Made by a program: the position numbers and the translations under genes. Of a DNA stretch of 64,000 nucleotides, positions 8,779 through 18,903 are shown in pieces (position 1 is the stretch's first letter; the number at the start of each line of letters is the position of its first letter). The notes under the pieces are model-generated. The model was not told the origin of the DNA. It ran no database searches and saw nothing but the letters and a program-made list of their open reading frames with translations. Origin of the DNA: an uncultured bacterium (GTDB taxonomy: Bacteria; Cyanobacteriota; Vampirovibrionia; Gastranaerophilales; Gastranaerophilaceae). The stretch lies in contig USFB01000001.1 of NCBI GenBank assembly GCA_900553895.1, forward strand, positions 49,735 to 113,734. The letters are read 5' to 3'.

Positions 8779-10350
8779 ATGATGAGCAATTTACAATTTC
8801 AAAATGACCTCGAAAGGCTAATCGCCATTATGCCCCCAAAAGTCGTGTCTAATTTGTCGTGTGAAAAATTGGATGATGTTATCGAAATAGTTCTCGATAT
8901 CGGACGAGTTCCTGAAGTCCGACATGCAGGAGGCAAGATTGAAAAATTACAGTGTGATGTAGTTAATGATGAAGATATTAAGTTTATAACTTCTCACCTT
9001 CAAGAATTCACGCATGATAATCGTTCAGGTATCCCAGGAACTTTGCACCGTATCAGTGCAATAAGAAACAGACAAGGAAAAGTTGTTGGTCTGACTTGTC
9101 GTATTGGGCGTGTTGTAACAGGTACAATTGCTTGTATAAAAGATATTTGCACTCAAGGAAAGAGTATTTTATTCTTAGGTCCTCCGGGGGTTGGTAAAAC
9201 TACAAAACTTAGAGAAATTTCACGACTTGTAGCTGATGAACTCGGTAAACGTGTTGTCATTGTAGATACATCAAACGAAATCGCTGGTGATGGTGATGTT
9301 CCGCACCCTGCTGTCGGTTCTGCAAGGAGAATGCAAGTTGCTCAGCCAGAATTTCAAAAAGATATAATGATTGAGGCGGTCGAAAACCACACGCCTGAAG
9401 TTATTGTAGTCGATGAAATCGGTACTGAACCGGAAGCTCAAGCTGCCAGAACAATTGCAGAACGTGGTGTAATGCTTATTGCAACTGCTCACGGCAACTG
9501 TTTGGAAAGTTTAATCAAAAACCCTACTTTATCTGATTTAGTCGGCGGTATTCAATCCGTAACGTTGGGCGATGATGAAGCTAAACGTCGAGCATCACAA
9601 AAAACAGTTTTAGAAAGAGAAAAACAACCTACTTTTGATATTGTTATTGAGATTTTAGATAGAAATACGCTTGCAGTTTATAAAAACACATCAGAAGCGG
9701 TCGATTATATCTTAAGAGGTTGGCCGATTCGTCCTGAAATCAGAAAAGTTGAAGAACAACATGTTGAAACAATTTCTGCTCCTGAACCCGTTAAGCAGGA
9801 AATTCCTGAAACTCCTCGAGATAACAGCATGAATTTCTCGTTCTCACGTCAAAAATACGTTGAGCAGGCTAAACCGCTTAAAAAATTGTATTTGTACGCT
9901 GTATCAAGAACTATTGTTGAAAAAACAATTGAACGTTTGAATTTGAATGTCGAATTGACGCGTAACGTAGAAGACGCTGATATTGTAATCGCACACAAAA
10001 ATTTTGCAAAAGGCGGGGCAAAAATTTTGAATACTGCAAAAGAATATAGAGTTCAAATTTTCTATGTAAAAACAAACTCAATGGCTCAAATTCAAAAGGT
10101 TTTGAAGGATGCGCTTGATATTCAACCGGGTGATGTTGAGCCATTGCAAGGTTATAGCGATGATACAGAAAAGGCTTTGGATGAAGCACGTGCTGCAATT
10201 AAACAAATCGCAGACGGTGCTGATATTGCGGAACTCTCACCACAACCTTCTCAAATAAGAAAACTACAACATGAACTTGTTGATCAGTATAATTTAAAAA
10301 GCACATCTATAGGCGAAGGCGACAATAGACATTTAAGAATTCATAAATAA
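8779..10350 (+). CDS. P-loop AAA ATPase with C-terminal R3H-like nucleic-acid-binding region (Ycf45/SpoIIIAA-like)
   Basis: Walker A FLGPPGVGKTT and Walker B VIVVDEIG. The C-terminal segment resembles an R3H domain. Confidence 0.6.
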   Translation: MMSNLQFQNDLERLIAIMPPKVVSNLSCEKLDDVIEIVLDIGRVPEVRHAGGKIEKLQCDVVNDEDIKFITSHLQEFTHDNRSGIPGTLHRISAIRNRQGKVVGLTCRIGRVVTGTIACIKDICTQGKSILFLGPPGVGKTTKLREISRLVADELGKRVVIVDTSNEIAGDGDVPHPAVGSARRMQVAQPEFQKDIMIEAVENHTPEVIVVDEIGTEPEAQAARTIAERGVMLIATAHGNCLESLIKNPTLSDLVGGIQSVTLGDDEAKRRASQKTVLEREKQPTFDIVIEILDRNTLAVYKNTSEAVDYILRGWPIRPEIRKVEEQHVETISAPEPVKQEIPETPRDNSMNFSFSRQKYVEQAKPLKKLYLYAVSRTIVEKTIERLNLNVELTRNVEDADIVIAHKNFAKGGAKILNTAKEYRVQIFYVKTNSMAQIQKVLKDALDIQPGDVEPLQGYSDDTEKALDEARAAIKQIADGADIAELSPQPSQIRKLQHELVDQYNLKSTSIGEGDNRHLRIHK

Positions 10351-10401
10351 ATGTAGCAAAAAATATTTTTAGAGGTTTTGTAATAGCCAAAGGGAAAAAC
10401 T

Positions 10402-11709
10402 GTGTTAAAACTTAGTCAATTACAAAACCAAAAAACTTATACCCAACAAACATCATTCAAAGGGCAAAATTATATAGAATATATTGCAAAGCGACAGCTA
10501 GTTTTGAAGAATAAACATACTCCAAAGAAATATTGGACGCTTAATGACTTTAATATGAAGAAACTTGAAGGAATTCAAAGTGGGCTGAAAGTTTTAGGCA
10601 ATTTAACAATGACACAAATAAAAAGCATTACGGAGCGTGCCCTTGCCATAATTTTGCGTCGCGGATGTAACAATATGTGCGCACATTGTTATGCAGATGC
10701 AAGACCTGAAAGTTTTTATAAAAAAGAAAATTCAATATCAGAAATAAATATTGAAGATTTTAAAAATTTTTGTGACGACATAGTTGGTCTAAATAATAAA
10801 CTTGGATTTAATATTTTCAATAAAAAAAATAAATATGATTATCAAACATTATTTCTTGATGCAGATAGTTCAATGATTCAAGCTAAAGATAAAGATGGCA
10901 AAGAATATGATTATTTAGACCTTAGCAAAATGTTGCATGATAGTTGTAATAAAGAAGTTTTATTTGATACAGCCGGTTGGAATATTCAAGATAAAAAAAC
11001 TCAAAACAGAATAGATAAACTTGTGCAAAAATTCAACGATAATTATAATAAGTACAAATTTGTCCATTTTAATTTATCATTCAATCCATTCCATTCCTTG
11101 CACTACACTTCTATACAAAGAAAAAAAGAAGGTAAATACGATATTGCAGAAAAATTGGATGATATATACGCGACAAGAATGGCTAATACGATAAACACGC
11201 TATTACCTATATTTTTAAATCATCCTGACAATTTTTCTATTATTTCACGAAGTTTTGAAAATTTTGAAAATAAAAATACAGAAGGTTTTCAACAAATAGA
11301 TTTGGCAGAATTGTATGATAAAACATTGGATAAATTAAAAAATATCTTTTATGAAAAATTTATAGATGAATATTCTGAAAAAGAATTGGATAAAGAATTT
11401 GAAAATATAAAACAATATTTTCGTAAAAATAGCATGCAAACTGCAACAAGGATTGGTATTACCGGAAGATTAGCAAAAAGATTTGATTATAAAAATTTCA
11501 GAAAGACACTTGATGAAGAATTTCCTGATGCCAGTGATAAAGTTATATCCAACAATATGCCTGCCGGTTTAATAGATTTGAACGGGAAATTTTATATAAC
11601 TAATTATTTGGAAACATTTCCTACAAATATACAATTAAATTACACTAATAAAGATAAGCTGACTGCACCAATTAACCCTAATTTGCACGATCATACGGTC
11701 CAAATTTAA
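10402..11709 (+). CDS. Radical SAM domain protein
   Basis: CX3CX2C motif (CNNMCAHCY) about 90 residues from the N-terminus. 435 aa, GTG start. No other recognisable domain. Confidence 0.65.
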   Translation: MLKLSQLQNQKTYTQQTSFKGQNYIEYIAKRQLVLKNKHTPKKYWTLNDFNMKKLEGIQSGLKVLGNLTMTQIKSITERALAIILRRGCNNMCAHCYADARPESFYKKENSISEINIEDFKNFCDDIVGLNNKLGFNIFNKKNKYDYQTLFLDADSSMIQAKDKDGKEYDYLDLSKMLHDSCNKEVLFDTAGWNIQDKKTQNRIDKLVQKFNDNYNKYKFVHFNLSFNPFHSLHYTSIQRKKEGKYDIAEKLDDIYATRMANTINTLLPIFLNHPDNFSIISRSFENFENKNTEGFQQIDLAELYDKTLDKLKNIFYEKFIDEYSEKELDKEFENIKQYFRKNSMQTATRIGITGRLAKRFDYKNFRKTLDEEFPDASDKVISNNMPAGLIDLNGKFYITNYLETFPTNIQLNYTNKDKLTAPINPNLHDHTVQI

Positions 11710-11715
11710 GTTGTT

Positions 11716-11768
11716 GTTGGGCAAGTATGCCCAACCGACAAATCCTTGGGGAAGTGGGGAGAGTGTTA
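11716..11768. repeat. GC-rich repeat element copy D (hairpin ttgggca-agta-tgcccaa plus ccttggggaagtggggagag)
   Basis: GC-rich island in the AT-rich spacer between the radical SAM gene and nusA. Its reverse complement contains CTCCCCAC..CCCCAAGG, which resembles copies A and B. Confidence 0.35.
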
Positions 11769-11847
11769 TTAACTTTAACATCTTTAACATCAACAAAAAA
11801 GCAGAGGAAACTTGCGCTTCCCCTGCTTTAGTAATAATAATCTTAAA

Positions 11848-13083
11848 TTATTCCTCTTCAGAAGCTTCATCAACTTCTTCTTGTTGAAGATCTTCTTCAT
11901 CAAGAGCTTGTTGATTCATTTCTTCTTCAATTTCTTCTTGGATTTCATCAGAATCAACTGTTCTTTCTTCATCTTCAACAGCTTCTTCTTCGTAGTCGTA
12001 ATTTGAATTTTTACGAGCTTCTTCATCTTCCATTTGAGAAACGCTCTTAATATCAATCTTCCAACCTGTCAATCTGTGAGCAAGTCTTACGTTTTGACCT
12101 TCACGACCGATAGCTAAAGAAAGTTGATCATCAGGAACGACAACCAAAGCATCTTTTGTTTCTTCATCGTCTGTCATAATATCAACTGAAACTACTCTAG
12201 CAGGTGAAATAGCGTTTACAATGTATTCAACAGGGTCCGGTGACCATCTAACTATATCTATTTTTTCGTTTTTCAATTCACCAACAATAGTTTGAATTCT
12301 TGAGCCACGAGGTCCTATACAAGCGCCAACTGAATCAACTTCAGGGTCATTTGACCAAACTGCAAGTTTTGTTCTAAATCCTGCTTCACGAGCGATTGAT
12401 TTAATTTCTACAATACCATCTTCTATTTCAGGAACTTCAAGCTCGAACAATTCCTTAACAATTTCAGGGTGAGCGTGAGAAACAATAACTTGTGGAAGTC
12501 TGCTTGTTTCTTTTACGTTAAGAACAAATACTCTGATTCTGTTACCAGGTTTATAGTATTCACGAGGGATTTGTTCTTTTTGTGGCATGATAGCATCAGT
12601 CTTACCGATATTAACAATAACATTTCTATTTTCAACTCTTTGAATAATACCTGTTACCAAAGTACCTTTCTTTTCTAAGAATTCGTTTAAGATGTTGTTT
12701 CTTTCTGCATCTCTGATTCTTTGTGTTATAACTTGTTTAGCAGATTGAGCTGCAATACGTCCGAATTGTTCAGGTGTAACTTCAATCTTAACTTCGTCAT
12801 CAACTTCAACTTCATCATCAATTTCTTGAGCTTCTTCTAATGAAATTTGAGTATCAGGGTCTTCAACTTCTTCTACAACTGTTTTTGTGCTGAATACACC
12901 GATTTCACCTGTTTGTTCATCTAAAATTGCTTCTATATTAGCAGCTTCTTTAACGTGCATGTGTTTTTTGTAAGCAGCTACCATTGCATCACATAATGAC
13001 GCAATAAGAACTTCTTTAGAAATTCCACGTTCTCTTTCAAGCTCTTCGCAAGCTTCAAATAATGCTGTTCCGATTTTAATCAT
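11848..13083 (-). CDS. nusA: Transcription termination/antitermination factor NusA (with acidic C-terminal tail)
   Basis: MIKIGTALFEACEELERERGI... with S1 and KH domains. The C-terminus is very acidic. Confidence 0.9.
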   Translation of the reverse strand: MIKIGTALFEACEELERERGISKEVLIASLCDAMVAAYKKHMHVKEAANIEAILDEQTGEIGVFSTKTVVEEVEDPDTQISLEEAQEIDDEVEVDDEVKIEVTPEQFGRIAAQSAKQVITQRIRDAERNNILNEFLEKKGTLVTGIIQRVENRNVIVNIGKTDAIMPQKEQIPREYYKPGNRIRVFVLNVKETSRLPQVIVSHAHPEIVKELFELEVPEIEDGIVEIKSIAREAGFRTKLAVWSNDPEVDSVGACIGPRGSRIQTIVGELKNEKIDIVRWSPDPVEYIVNAISPARVVSVDIMTDDEETKDALVVVPDDQLSLAIGREGQNVRLAHRLTGWKIDIKSVSQMEDEEARKNSNYDYEEEAVEDEERTVDSDEIQEEIEEEMNQQALDEEDLQQEEVDEASEEE

Positions 13084-13181
13084 GTTTTTTCTCCTTTATA
13101 TAAGTCAATAAGTTGAATATTTGAAAGGTTGAAAAGTTTATTTTATTCGCTAACGCTCATATATTCTAAATAAACAATTCT

Positions 13182-13664
13182 CTAATCTATATATAATTTT
13201 GCCGACTGAATATTCGTTTTCGGTATTTGTAATTCTTCGCCATCTTCGAAACGGAAAAAAGTTAAACCTTTATTGTCATCCCAATCTAAGATTTCACCTT
13301 TGAATATTTTTTCTGTTTCACTTTCCAAAGGCTGTTTTAACTTTAAGCTAATTCTTCTGCCTTTGAATATTAAAAATTCTTTATCTGATTTGAATTTTCT
13401 CTCTAACCCCGGTGAAGATACTTCCAAATAGTATTTAACAGGAATAAGTTCGTCCAAAAAGTCATTTAAGCTTCTTGTTACATTTTCACAATCATCCAAC
13501 GTAATATCTTTTTCGTAAGAATATAAATAAATTCTCAAAAACCACTTGTGATTTTCTTTCACAAACTCTATTTCAATAGGAATAAGGTTAAAACGCATTG
13601 CCGTATTTTCTATAAGCGGTGTAATTTTTTCTAAGACCTCAAATCTGTTTACATCTTGCTTCAT
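13182..13664 (-). CDS. rimP: Ribosome maturation factor RimP
   Basis: 160 aa lying upstream of nusA, as in the conserved rimP-nusA operon. RimP-like sequence. Confidence 0.75.
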   Translation of the reverse strand: MKQDVNRFEVLEKITPLIENTAMRFNLIPIEIEFVKENHKWFLRIYLYSYEKDITLDDCENVTRSLNDFLDELIPVKYYLEVSSPGLERKFKSDKEFLIFKGRRISLKLKQPLESETEKIFKGEILDWDDNKGLTFFRFEDGEELQIPKTNIQSAKLYID

Positions 13665-13699
13665 AACGCTCCTTCCTTAATTTTTGAGAATATTTTTTA

Positions 13700-13735
13700 T
13701 TCTCCTAATAAAAAAAGAACGGGAATTGTACCGTT
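13700..13735 (-). terminator. Rho-independent terminator (minus strand) for the 13801-14115 gene
   Basis: On the minus strand: gaacgg-tacaattc-ccgttc followed by ttttttt. Confidence 0.5.
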
Positions 13736-13800
13736 CTTTTTCTAAGAAACTATTTACTCTTTGAGTATAACAAAAATTTATAATTTTGTAAATCTTAATA

Positions 13801-14115
13801 TTAAGGTTTATGAAGTGATTTTACAACTACTTGAACAACCTTACCCAATGCAAGCAAAATTGGGCTTGCAAAAGGAATCGGGGACAACAAACCGACTGCA
13901 CCTGCAATTATTGGTAAATCATCAATAGTAGTTTCTTTCTTCAACTTTTTACCAACACCTTTTGATATATTCAATATCGTAGCAATTTCACACTGTTTGT
14001 GGATTTTTGATGTACGCATACCAATCTCATAGCCGCTTTTTCCGGCTTTTGATAATCGCTTTGAAGTTGCTCCTATATTTTGACATGTATTCGATATAAC
14101 TGGTAAAATCTTCAT
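13801..14115 (-). CDS. Small hypothetical protein (104 aa), hydrophobic C-terminus
   Basis: ORF with a downstream terminator. No recognisable family. Confidence 0.4.
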   Translation of the reverse strand: MKILPVISNTCQNIGATSKRLSKAGKSGYEIGMRTSKIHKQCEIATILNISKGVGKKLKKETTIDDLPIIAGAVGLLSPIPFASPILLALGKVVQVVVKSLHKP

Positions 14116-14186
14116 ATCTTAATTTTTACACAAAAATATTTTATGGTAAAATTTTATTACAGTATTCTTAAAAAGAGGAAAATAAA

Positions 14187-15722
14187 ATGACACAACAAAC
14201 AAAAGAGCCTATTTCGGCAAAAGAAACTATAAGACAGACAAGAATTCAAAAGCTTGCTGAACTTGCAGACAAAGGTATTAATCCATATCCTTATGCGTTT
14301 GATAAAGACGCCGATGCTGCTGATTTGCAAGCTAAATACAAAGACCTTCCTGCAGGTGAAGAAACTGAAGATTTCTACTCAGTAGCAGGTCGTGTAATGG
14401 CAATCAGAAATTCAGGCATGTTCATCGACTTAATGGATGCAACAGGTAAAATCCAAATATTTTCACACAAAGAAAACATGGATCCTGAAATGGTTAAAAC
14501 TTTAAAATTAGTTGATATCGGTGATATTTTAGGTTTTTACGGTTCAATCCGAAGAACTCCACGTGGAGAACTTTCTGTAAAAGCTAAATCATTTAAAATG
14601 CTTTCAAAATCACTACTTCCGCTTCCTAACAAGCAAATTAGCGAAGAAAAGTTGGAACAATTGAAGGCATATCACAACATGAACGATACTGAAACTAAGT
14701 ATCGTCAAAGATATGTTGACTTGATTATGAACGAAAAAACAAGAGATACGTTCAGAAAAAGAAGTTTGATTATCCAAAAAGTTAGAGAATACTTAACAAA
14801 ACAAGGTTTTATTGAAGTTGAAACTCCAATGTTGCACACTCAAGCATCAGGTGCAAACGCAAGACCGTTTATCACTCACCACAATGCTTTAGACATGGAT
14901 TTAACTTTAAGAATTGCACCTGAACTTCACTTGAAAAGATTAATGGTTGGCGGTTTAAGTGAGAAAATCTTTGAACTTTCAAGATGTTTCCGTAACGAAG
15001 GCATTGATACGCGTCATAACCCTGAGTTTACAATGATTGAACTTTATCAATCTTATGTTGATTACAACGAAATGATGGTATTGACTGAAAATCTTGTAGC
15101 TTACGTTGCTCAAGAAGTTTTAGGAACAATGAAAATTCAATATGGAGAAAATGAAATCGATTTAACTCCACCTTGGGATAGAAAAACTATGTTAGGTTCT
15201 ATTAAGGAATTTACTGGAATTGATTTCGGCGAATTCTTTACTGCAAAAGAAGCTTACGAAAAAGCAAAAGCTTTGCATATTGAAGTTGATGAAGAAATGA
15301 ATTGGGGACAAATTGTTGAAGCTGTGTTTGAAGCAACAGTTGAACCAACTTTAATTCAACCTTGTCACATCATCGATTACCCTCGTGAAATTTCACCTTT
15401 AGCAAAAGTTCATAGAGATAATGACAGATTAACAGAACGTTTCGAAACAAGAGTAAACGGCTGGGAAATTGCAAACGCATTTTCAGAATTGACAGATCCA
15501 ATCGATCAAAGACACAGATTTGAAGCTCAAGCTTTAGCAAAAGCTAATGGCGACGAAGAAGCAATGTCTTATGATGAAGATTATATTAACGCTCTTGAGT
15601 ATGGCTTAGCACCTACAGGCGGTATGGGAATGGGTATTGATAGATTAGTTATGTTATTAACTAACTCTCCAACAATTCGTGATGTAATCGCGTTCCCTAC
15701 TTTAAAGAAATTGGAAAATTAG
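14187..15722 (+). CDS. lysS: Lysyl-tRNA synthetase (class II)
   Basis: 511 aa with an OB-fold anticodon-binding domain plus class II motifs (FRNEG, GGMGMGIDR). Confidence 0.9.
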   Translation: MTQQTKEPISAKETIRQTRIQKLAELADKGINPYPYAFDKDADAADLQAKYKDLPAGEETEDFYSVAGRVMAIRNSGMFIDLMDATGKIQIFSHKENMDPEMVKTLKLVDIGDILGFYGSIRRTPRGELSVKAKSFKMLSKSLLPLPNKQISEEKLEQLKAYHNMNDTETKYRQRYVDLIMNEKTRDTFRKRSLIIQKVREYLTKQGFIEVETPMLHTQASGANARPFITHHNALDMDLTLRIAPELHLKRLMVGGLSEKIFELSRCFRNEGIDTRHNPEFTMIELYQSYVDYNEMMVLTENLVAYVAQEVLGTMKIQYGENEIDLTPPWDRKTMLGSIKEFTGIDFGEFFTAKEAYEKAKALHIEVDEEMNWGQIVEAVFEATVEPTLIQPCHIIDYPREISPLAKVHRDNDRLTERFETRVNGWEIANAFSELTDPIDQRHRFEAQALAKANGDEEAMSYDEDYINALEYGLAPTGGMGMGIDRLVMLLTNSPTIRDVIAFPTLKKLEN

Positions 15723-15728
15723 TTTACA

Positions 15729-15760
15729 AAAAGGGTGAAATTCAAATTTCACCCTTTTTT
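15729..15760 (+). terminator. Rho-independent terminator
   Basis: aagggtgaaatt-caa-atttcaccctt followed by tttt. Confidence 0.7.
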
Positions 15761-15802
15761 AAAGTCAATAAATTTGTTTAATTCGTTAAACTCTTAAATC
15801 GT

Positions 15803-16669
15803 ATGAAAGAACAAGATTTTATAAATATTATAAAAAAACAAATCGGCACTGAATATATAGGTGACGATTGTGCATTTCTTAAAGATTTAGGGATTGTTGT
15901 TACACAAGATAGTCTTGTTGAAGATGTCCATTTTAAAATGAATTGGTGTACACCGTATCAATTAGGATTCAAGGCTGTTACAGTTAATATTAGTGACGTA
16001 TTAGCTTCGGGGGCAGAGCCTAAATATGTAACAATTGCGCTATCTCTTCCTTCAAAAACAGAAAAAAAATTTGTAGAAGAGTTTTATAAAGGCGCAAAAT
16101 CGGCTTTAAGAGGGGCAAAAATTATTGGTGGCGATATTACAGGCGCGGACAAAGTCTATATTTCAATTGTTGCAATCGGTACTACTAACGGGCGCAAAAT
16201 CTCGTCAAGAAGTAATGCACATGTTGGTGATGTTGTTATTACAAAAGGTGAGTTTGGAAAAAGCTCATTGGGTTTAAAAGAATTAATGACAGGTGGAAGC
16301 GATTCTGAACTTATTAGATCTCATTTGGAACCGCAATTAGAAGAAAATTTTGCAAATGAGATTGCAACTCAAATTAACTCGGAATATGCAATGATGGACA
16401 CGTCAGACGGCTTAGCGGATGCTTTGTTCCAAATTGCAAACTCAAGTAATGTTTCTATTGATTCAAAATTTGTAGAAGGAATTTTCGGAGCAGAAGATTA
16501 TAAACTTGTAGCAACTGTTCCAAGAGAATTTTTGAAAAAACTTACCGAATATGAAATAATCGGCAAGGTAGTTGAAAAACAAGATTATATTTTAAAAGTT
16601 GGTAATAAAAAATATTATAGTTATGATGAATTAGGTTTATATAACCATTTTGGGAAAGAGGAAACATGA
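15803..16669 (+). CDS. thiL: AIR-synthase-related protein, probable thiamine-monophosphate kinase
   Basis: IGDDCAF motif near the N-terminus and PurM-like fold features. 288 aa. Confidence 0.55.
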   Translation: MKEQDFINIIKKQIGTEYIGDDCAFLKDLGIVVTQDSLVEDVHFKMNWCTPYQLGFKAVTVNISDVLASGAEPKYVTIALSLPSKTEKKFVEEFYKGAKSALRGAKIIGGDITGADKVYISIVAIGTTNGRKISSRSNAHVGDVVITKGEFGKSSLGLKELMTGGSDSELIRSHLEPQLEENFANEIATQINSEYAMMDTSDGLADALFQIANSSNVSIDSKFVEGIFGAEDYKLVATVPREFLKKLTEYEIIGKVVEKQDYILKVGNKKYYSYDELGLYNHFGKEET

Positions 16670-17316
16670 GAAATTTTTCACTTATAATAACAGCAGGCGG
16701 AACATCTTCACGTTATGGCAATACAAACAAATTATTAGAAAAAATTAACGATAAAACAGTTATAGAAGAAACTGTATCAAAGTTTATTGATTTTGATGAA
16801 ATTGATGAAATAATAATTTCTGCAAACAGTTCAATAATCGAAATATTACAGCAATTATTAAATAATCCGAAGGTTAAAATTATTGAAGGCGGGAATACAA
16901 GACAAAAGTCCGTTTATAATGCTTTGCAGGTTGTAAAAAATGACTATGTTTTAATTCACGATGGAGCTCGTCCGCTAATCAGAAAAGACACAATTGCTTA
17001 CGTTTTAGAAGCCGTTTTAGATAAAGATGCCGTAACTGTTATGACAAAAACTACTGATACAATTAAAGAAGTCGATTCAACAGGCAGAATTATTCGCACA
17101 ATTGATCGCTCAAAATTGTATAATACACAGACACCGCAGGCGTTTAAGACTTCAATAATAAAAGAGGCCCATGAAAAATTGAAAGACGGTAATTTCACGG
17201 ATGATTGCTCTATGCTTGAGGAATTGAAAATCCCTGTTTATATCGTAAATGGCAGTTATACAAATATTAAAATCACAATAAAAAGCGATTTGGATTTTGC
17301 AAAGTTGTATATATAA
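16666..17316 (+). CDS. ispD: 2-C-methyl-D-erythritol 4-phosphate cytidylyltransferase
   Basis: IITAGGTSSRYG...IHDGARP pattern. ATGA overlap with the upstream gene. Confidence 0.8.
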   Translation: MRNFSLIITAGGTSSRYGNTNKLLEKINDKTVIEETVSKFIDFDEIDEIIISANSSIIEILQQLLNNPKVKIIEGGNTRQKSVYNALQVVKNDYVLIHDGARPLIRKDTIAYVLEAVLDKDAVTVMTKTTDTIKEVDSTGRIIRTIDRSKLYNTQTPQAFKTSIIKEAHEKLKDGNFTDDCSMLEELKIPVYIVNGSYTNIKITIKSDLDFAKLYI

Positions 17317-17399
17317 AGTCTGTATTAAACTGATTTGTTCGACTAAAATTTTGAATTGTTTACAATAGCTGAAATTTATGCTATATTTCAAACAGAGAT

Positions 17400-18650
17400 A
17401 TGGCTTTACTGACGTCGGATAAAATTTTAAAACTTATTCCTTCACTATTTGAAACTGATTTGAATAGTGAAAGGCATTTGTTCAAAATTTTTGAAAAAAT
17501 CCTAGCATTTGATGAAGGATTCATATATTATGCGAATCCTGACAGCTTGCAATTAAAATACAGTTACAAAAAACATGTCAATTATGAAAAAGAAACTGCT
17601 TTCAAATTAAGTTCTGATTTAAAGAAGTTTATTTTTTCAAAGGCCGGTGATATAACAGACGAAACGTCTGATTTAGTAAAAACAATTGAATTGGCGGGAA
17701 CCTCTCAAAAATCTTATTTGGTATCAAAAATCTCTATTAAATCAACTGTTTTCGGAATTGTCGTCTTATCAAAAAGAGAAAAGAATTTTTATAAGCAAGA
17801 AGATTTGGATGCTCTCGATGCTGTTTCTTCTGTGCTTTCATATTTACTAAAAGATGTAGAACTTTCAAACGTATTTAAAATACAACTAAAAGCTTTAAAA
17901 GATGGCATTATAGAGAAAAATAATGCTTATAAAACGATAAAAGAACAAAACGAAAAAATTCTTGAAGCAGACAAAGTTAAAAACGAGTTTTTGGCAAATA
18001 TTTCTCACGAACTTAGAACCCCTTTGAATTCTATTTTGGGATTTTCAGATATACTCGGAACACAATTATATGGCAACTTGAATCCGAAACAGGAGGAATA
18101 CATTAACGATATCAAGGTTTCTGCGACACATCTACTCGGCATGATTAATGAAGTCTTGGATATGTCAAAGATTGAAGCAAACGCAATGAAAATTGTTAAA
18201 AGCGCGTTCTGGATTTCAAGAGCCGTGGATGAAGTTGCAAATATTCTTTCACCGCTTGCTCAGAAGAAAAATATTAAACTTATAAAAAACTTAGAAGCGG
18301 ATTTTGAGGTTTTCGCAGATTATCAAAAAATTCAACAAATTTTATATAATTTAGTGAGCAATGCAATTAAGTATTCGCCCGAAGATGATGAAGTTGAAAT
18401 CTCCGTTAATTCTGATGATGAAAATTTCAGAATTTTAGTACATGATAACGGAATTGGTATTGATAAAAAATACCACGGTAAAATTTTTGCAAAATTTGTT
18501 CAACTTGATAGTGCTTATACAAAAAAAGAGAGTTCAACAGGTTTGGGATTAACTATTACAAAGGAATTGGTCGAACTTCACGGTGGAAAAATTTCACTTA
18601 TCAGTGAAATAAACAACGGTTCGACTTTCATTGTAGAAATTCCATTTTAG
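17400..18650 (+). CDS. Cytoplasmic sensor histidine kinase (GAF-like N-terminus, HisKA, HATPase_c)
   Basis: H-box ISHELRTPLNSI, plus N, G1 and G2 boxes (GLGLTI). No TM helices. Confidence 0.8.
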   Translation: MALLTSDKILKLIPSLFETDLNSERHLFKIFEKILAFDEGFIYYANPDSLQLKYSYKKHVNYEKETAFKLSSDLKKFIFSKAGDITDETSDLVKTIELAGTSQKSYLVSKISIKSTVFGIVVLSKREKNFYKQEDLDALDAVSSVLSYLLKDVELSNVFKIQLKALKDGIIEKNNAYKTIKEQNEKILEADKVKNEFLANISHELRTPLNSILGFSDILGTQLYGNLNPKQEEYINDIKVSATHLLGMINEVLDMSKIEANAMKIVKSAFWISRAVDEVANILSPLAQKKNIKLIKNLEADFEVFADYQKIQQILYNLVSNAIKYSPEDDEVEISVNSDDENFRILVHDNGIGIDKKYHGKIFAKFVQLDSAYTKKESSTGLGLTITKELVELHGGKISLISEINNGSTFIVEIPF

Positions 18651-18674
18651 CCAGTAATTGTTTCTAAAAAACAG

Positions 18675-18795
18675 GATTGCTTCAGGCTAATCATCTATCA
18701 CTACTGTTCTTGAACGACATTCGCGCCACTAAGGTGTAGCGATTAGCTACGATAGTTAGTGAAAGGGGGCAAGCTCTGCTTGCTACATCCATTTA
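18675..18795 (+). ncRNA. Candidate structured RNA or leader (GC-rich hairpins) upstream of tig
   Basis: 250 nt non-coding gap. GC-rich segment with hairpins gtagc-gatta-gctac and gcaagc-tct-gcttgc. No tRNA, tmRNA or SRP signature recognised. Confidence 0.2.
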
Positions 18796-18903
18796 TATTA
18801 TATTTTGGAGCGATAAAGCTATCATTTATTTCGAAAAAGTTGCATATATCCTCTGTTTATAGTACCCTACAGTTAGGTAGGTATAGAAAAGAGGATATAT
18901 TAA

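Noticed and set aside
17305-17330. Fifth partial copy of the small-ORF promoter motif (gactttatatatacaac on the minus strand).
   Set aside because: It overlaps the ispD stop codon (TTG TAT ATA TAA) and would drive antisense into ispD. It is a 14-nt partial match only, likely chance in AT-rich sequence.
18675-18795. tRNA or tmRNA in the GC-rich gap upstream of tig.
   Set aside because: No GTTC-type T-loop, acceptor stem or tmRNA tag-reading frame could be found. It is kept only as a low-confidence candidate structured RNA.
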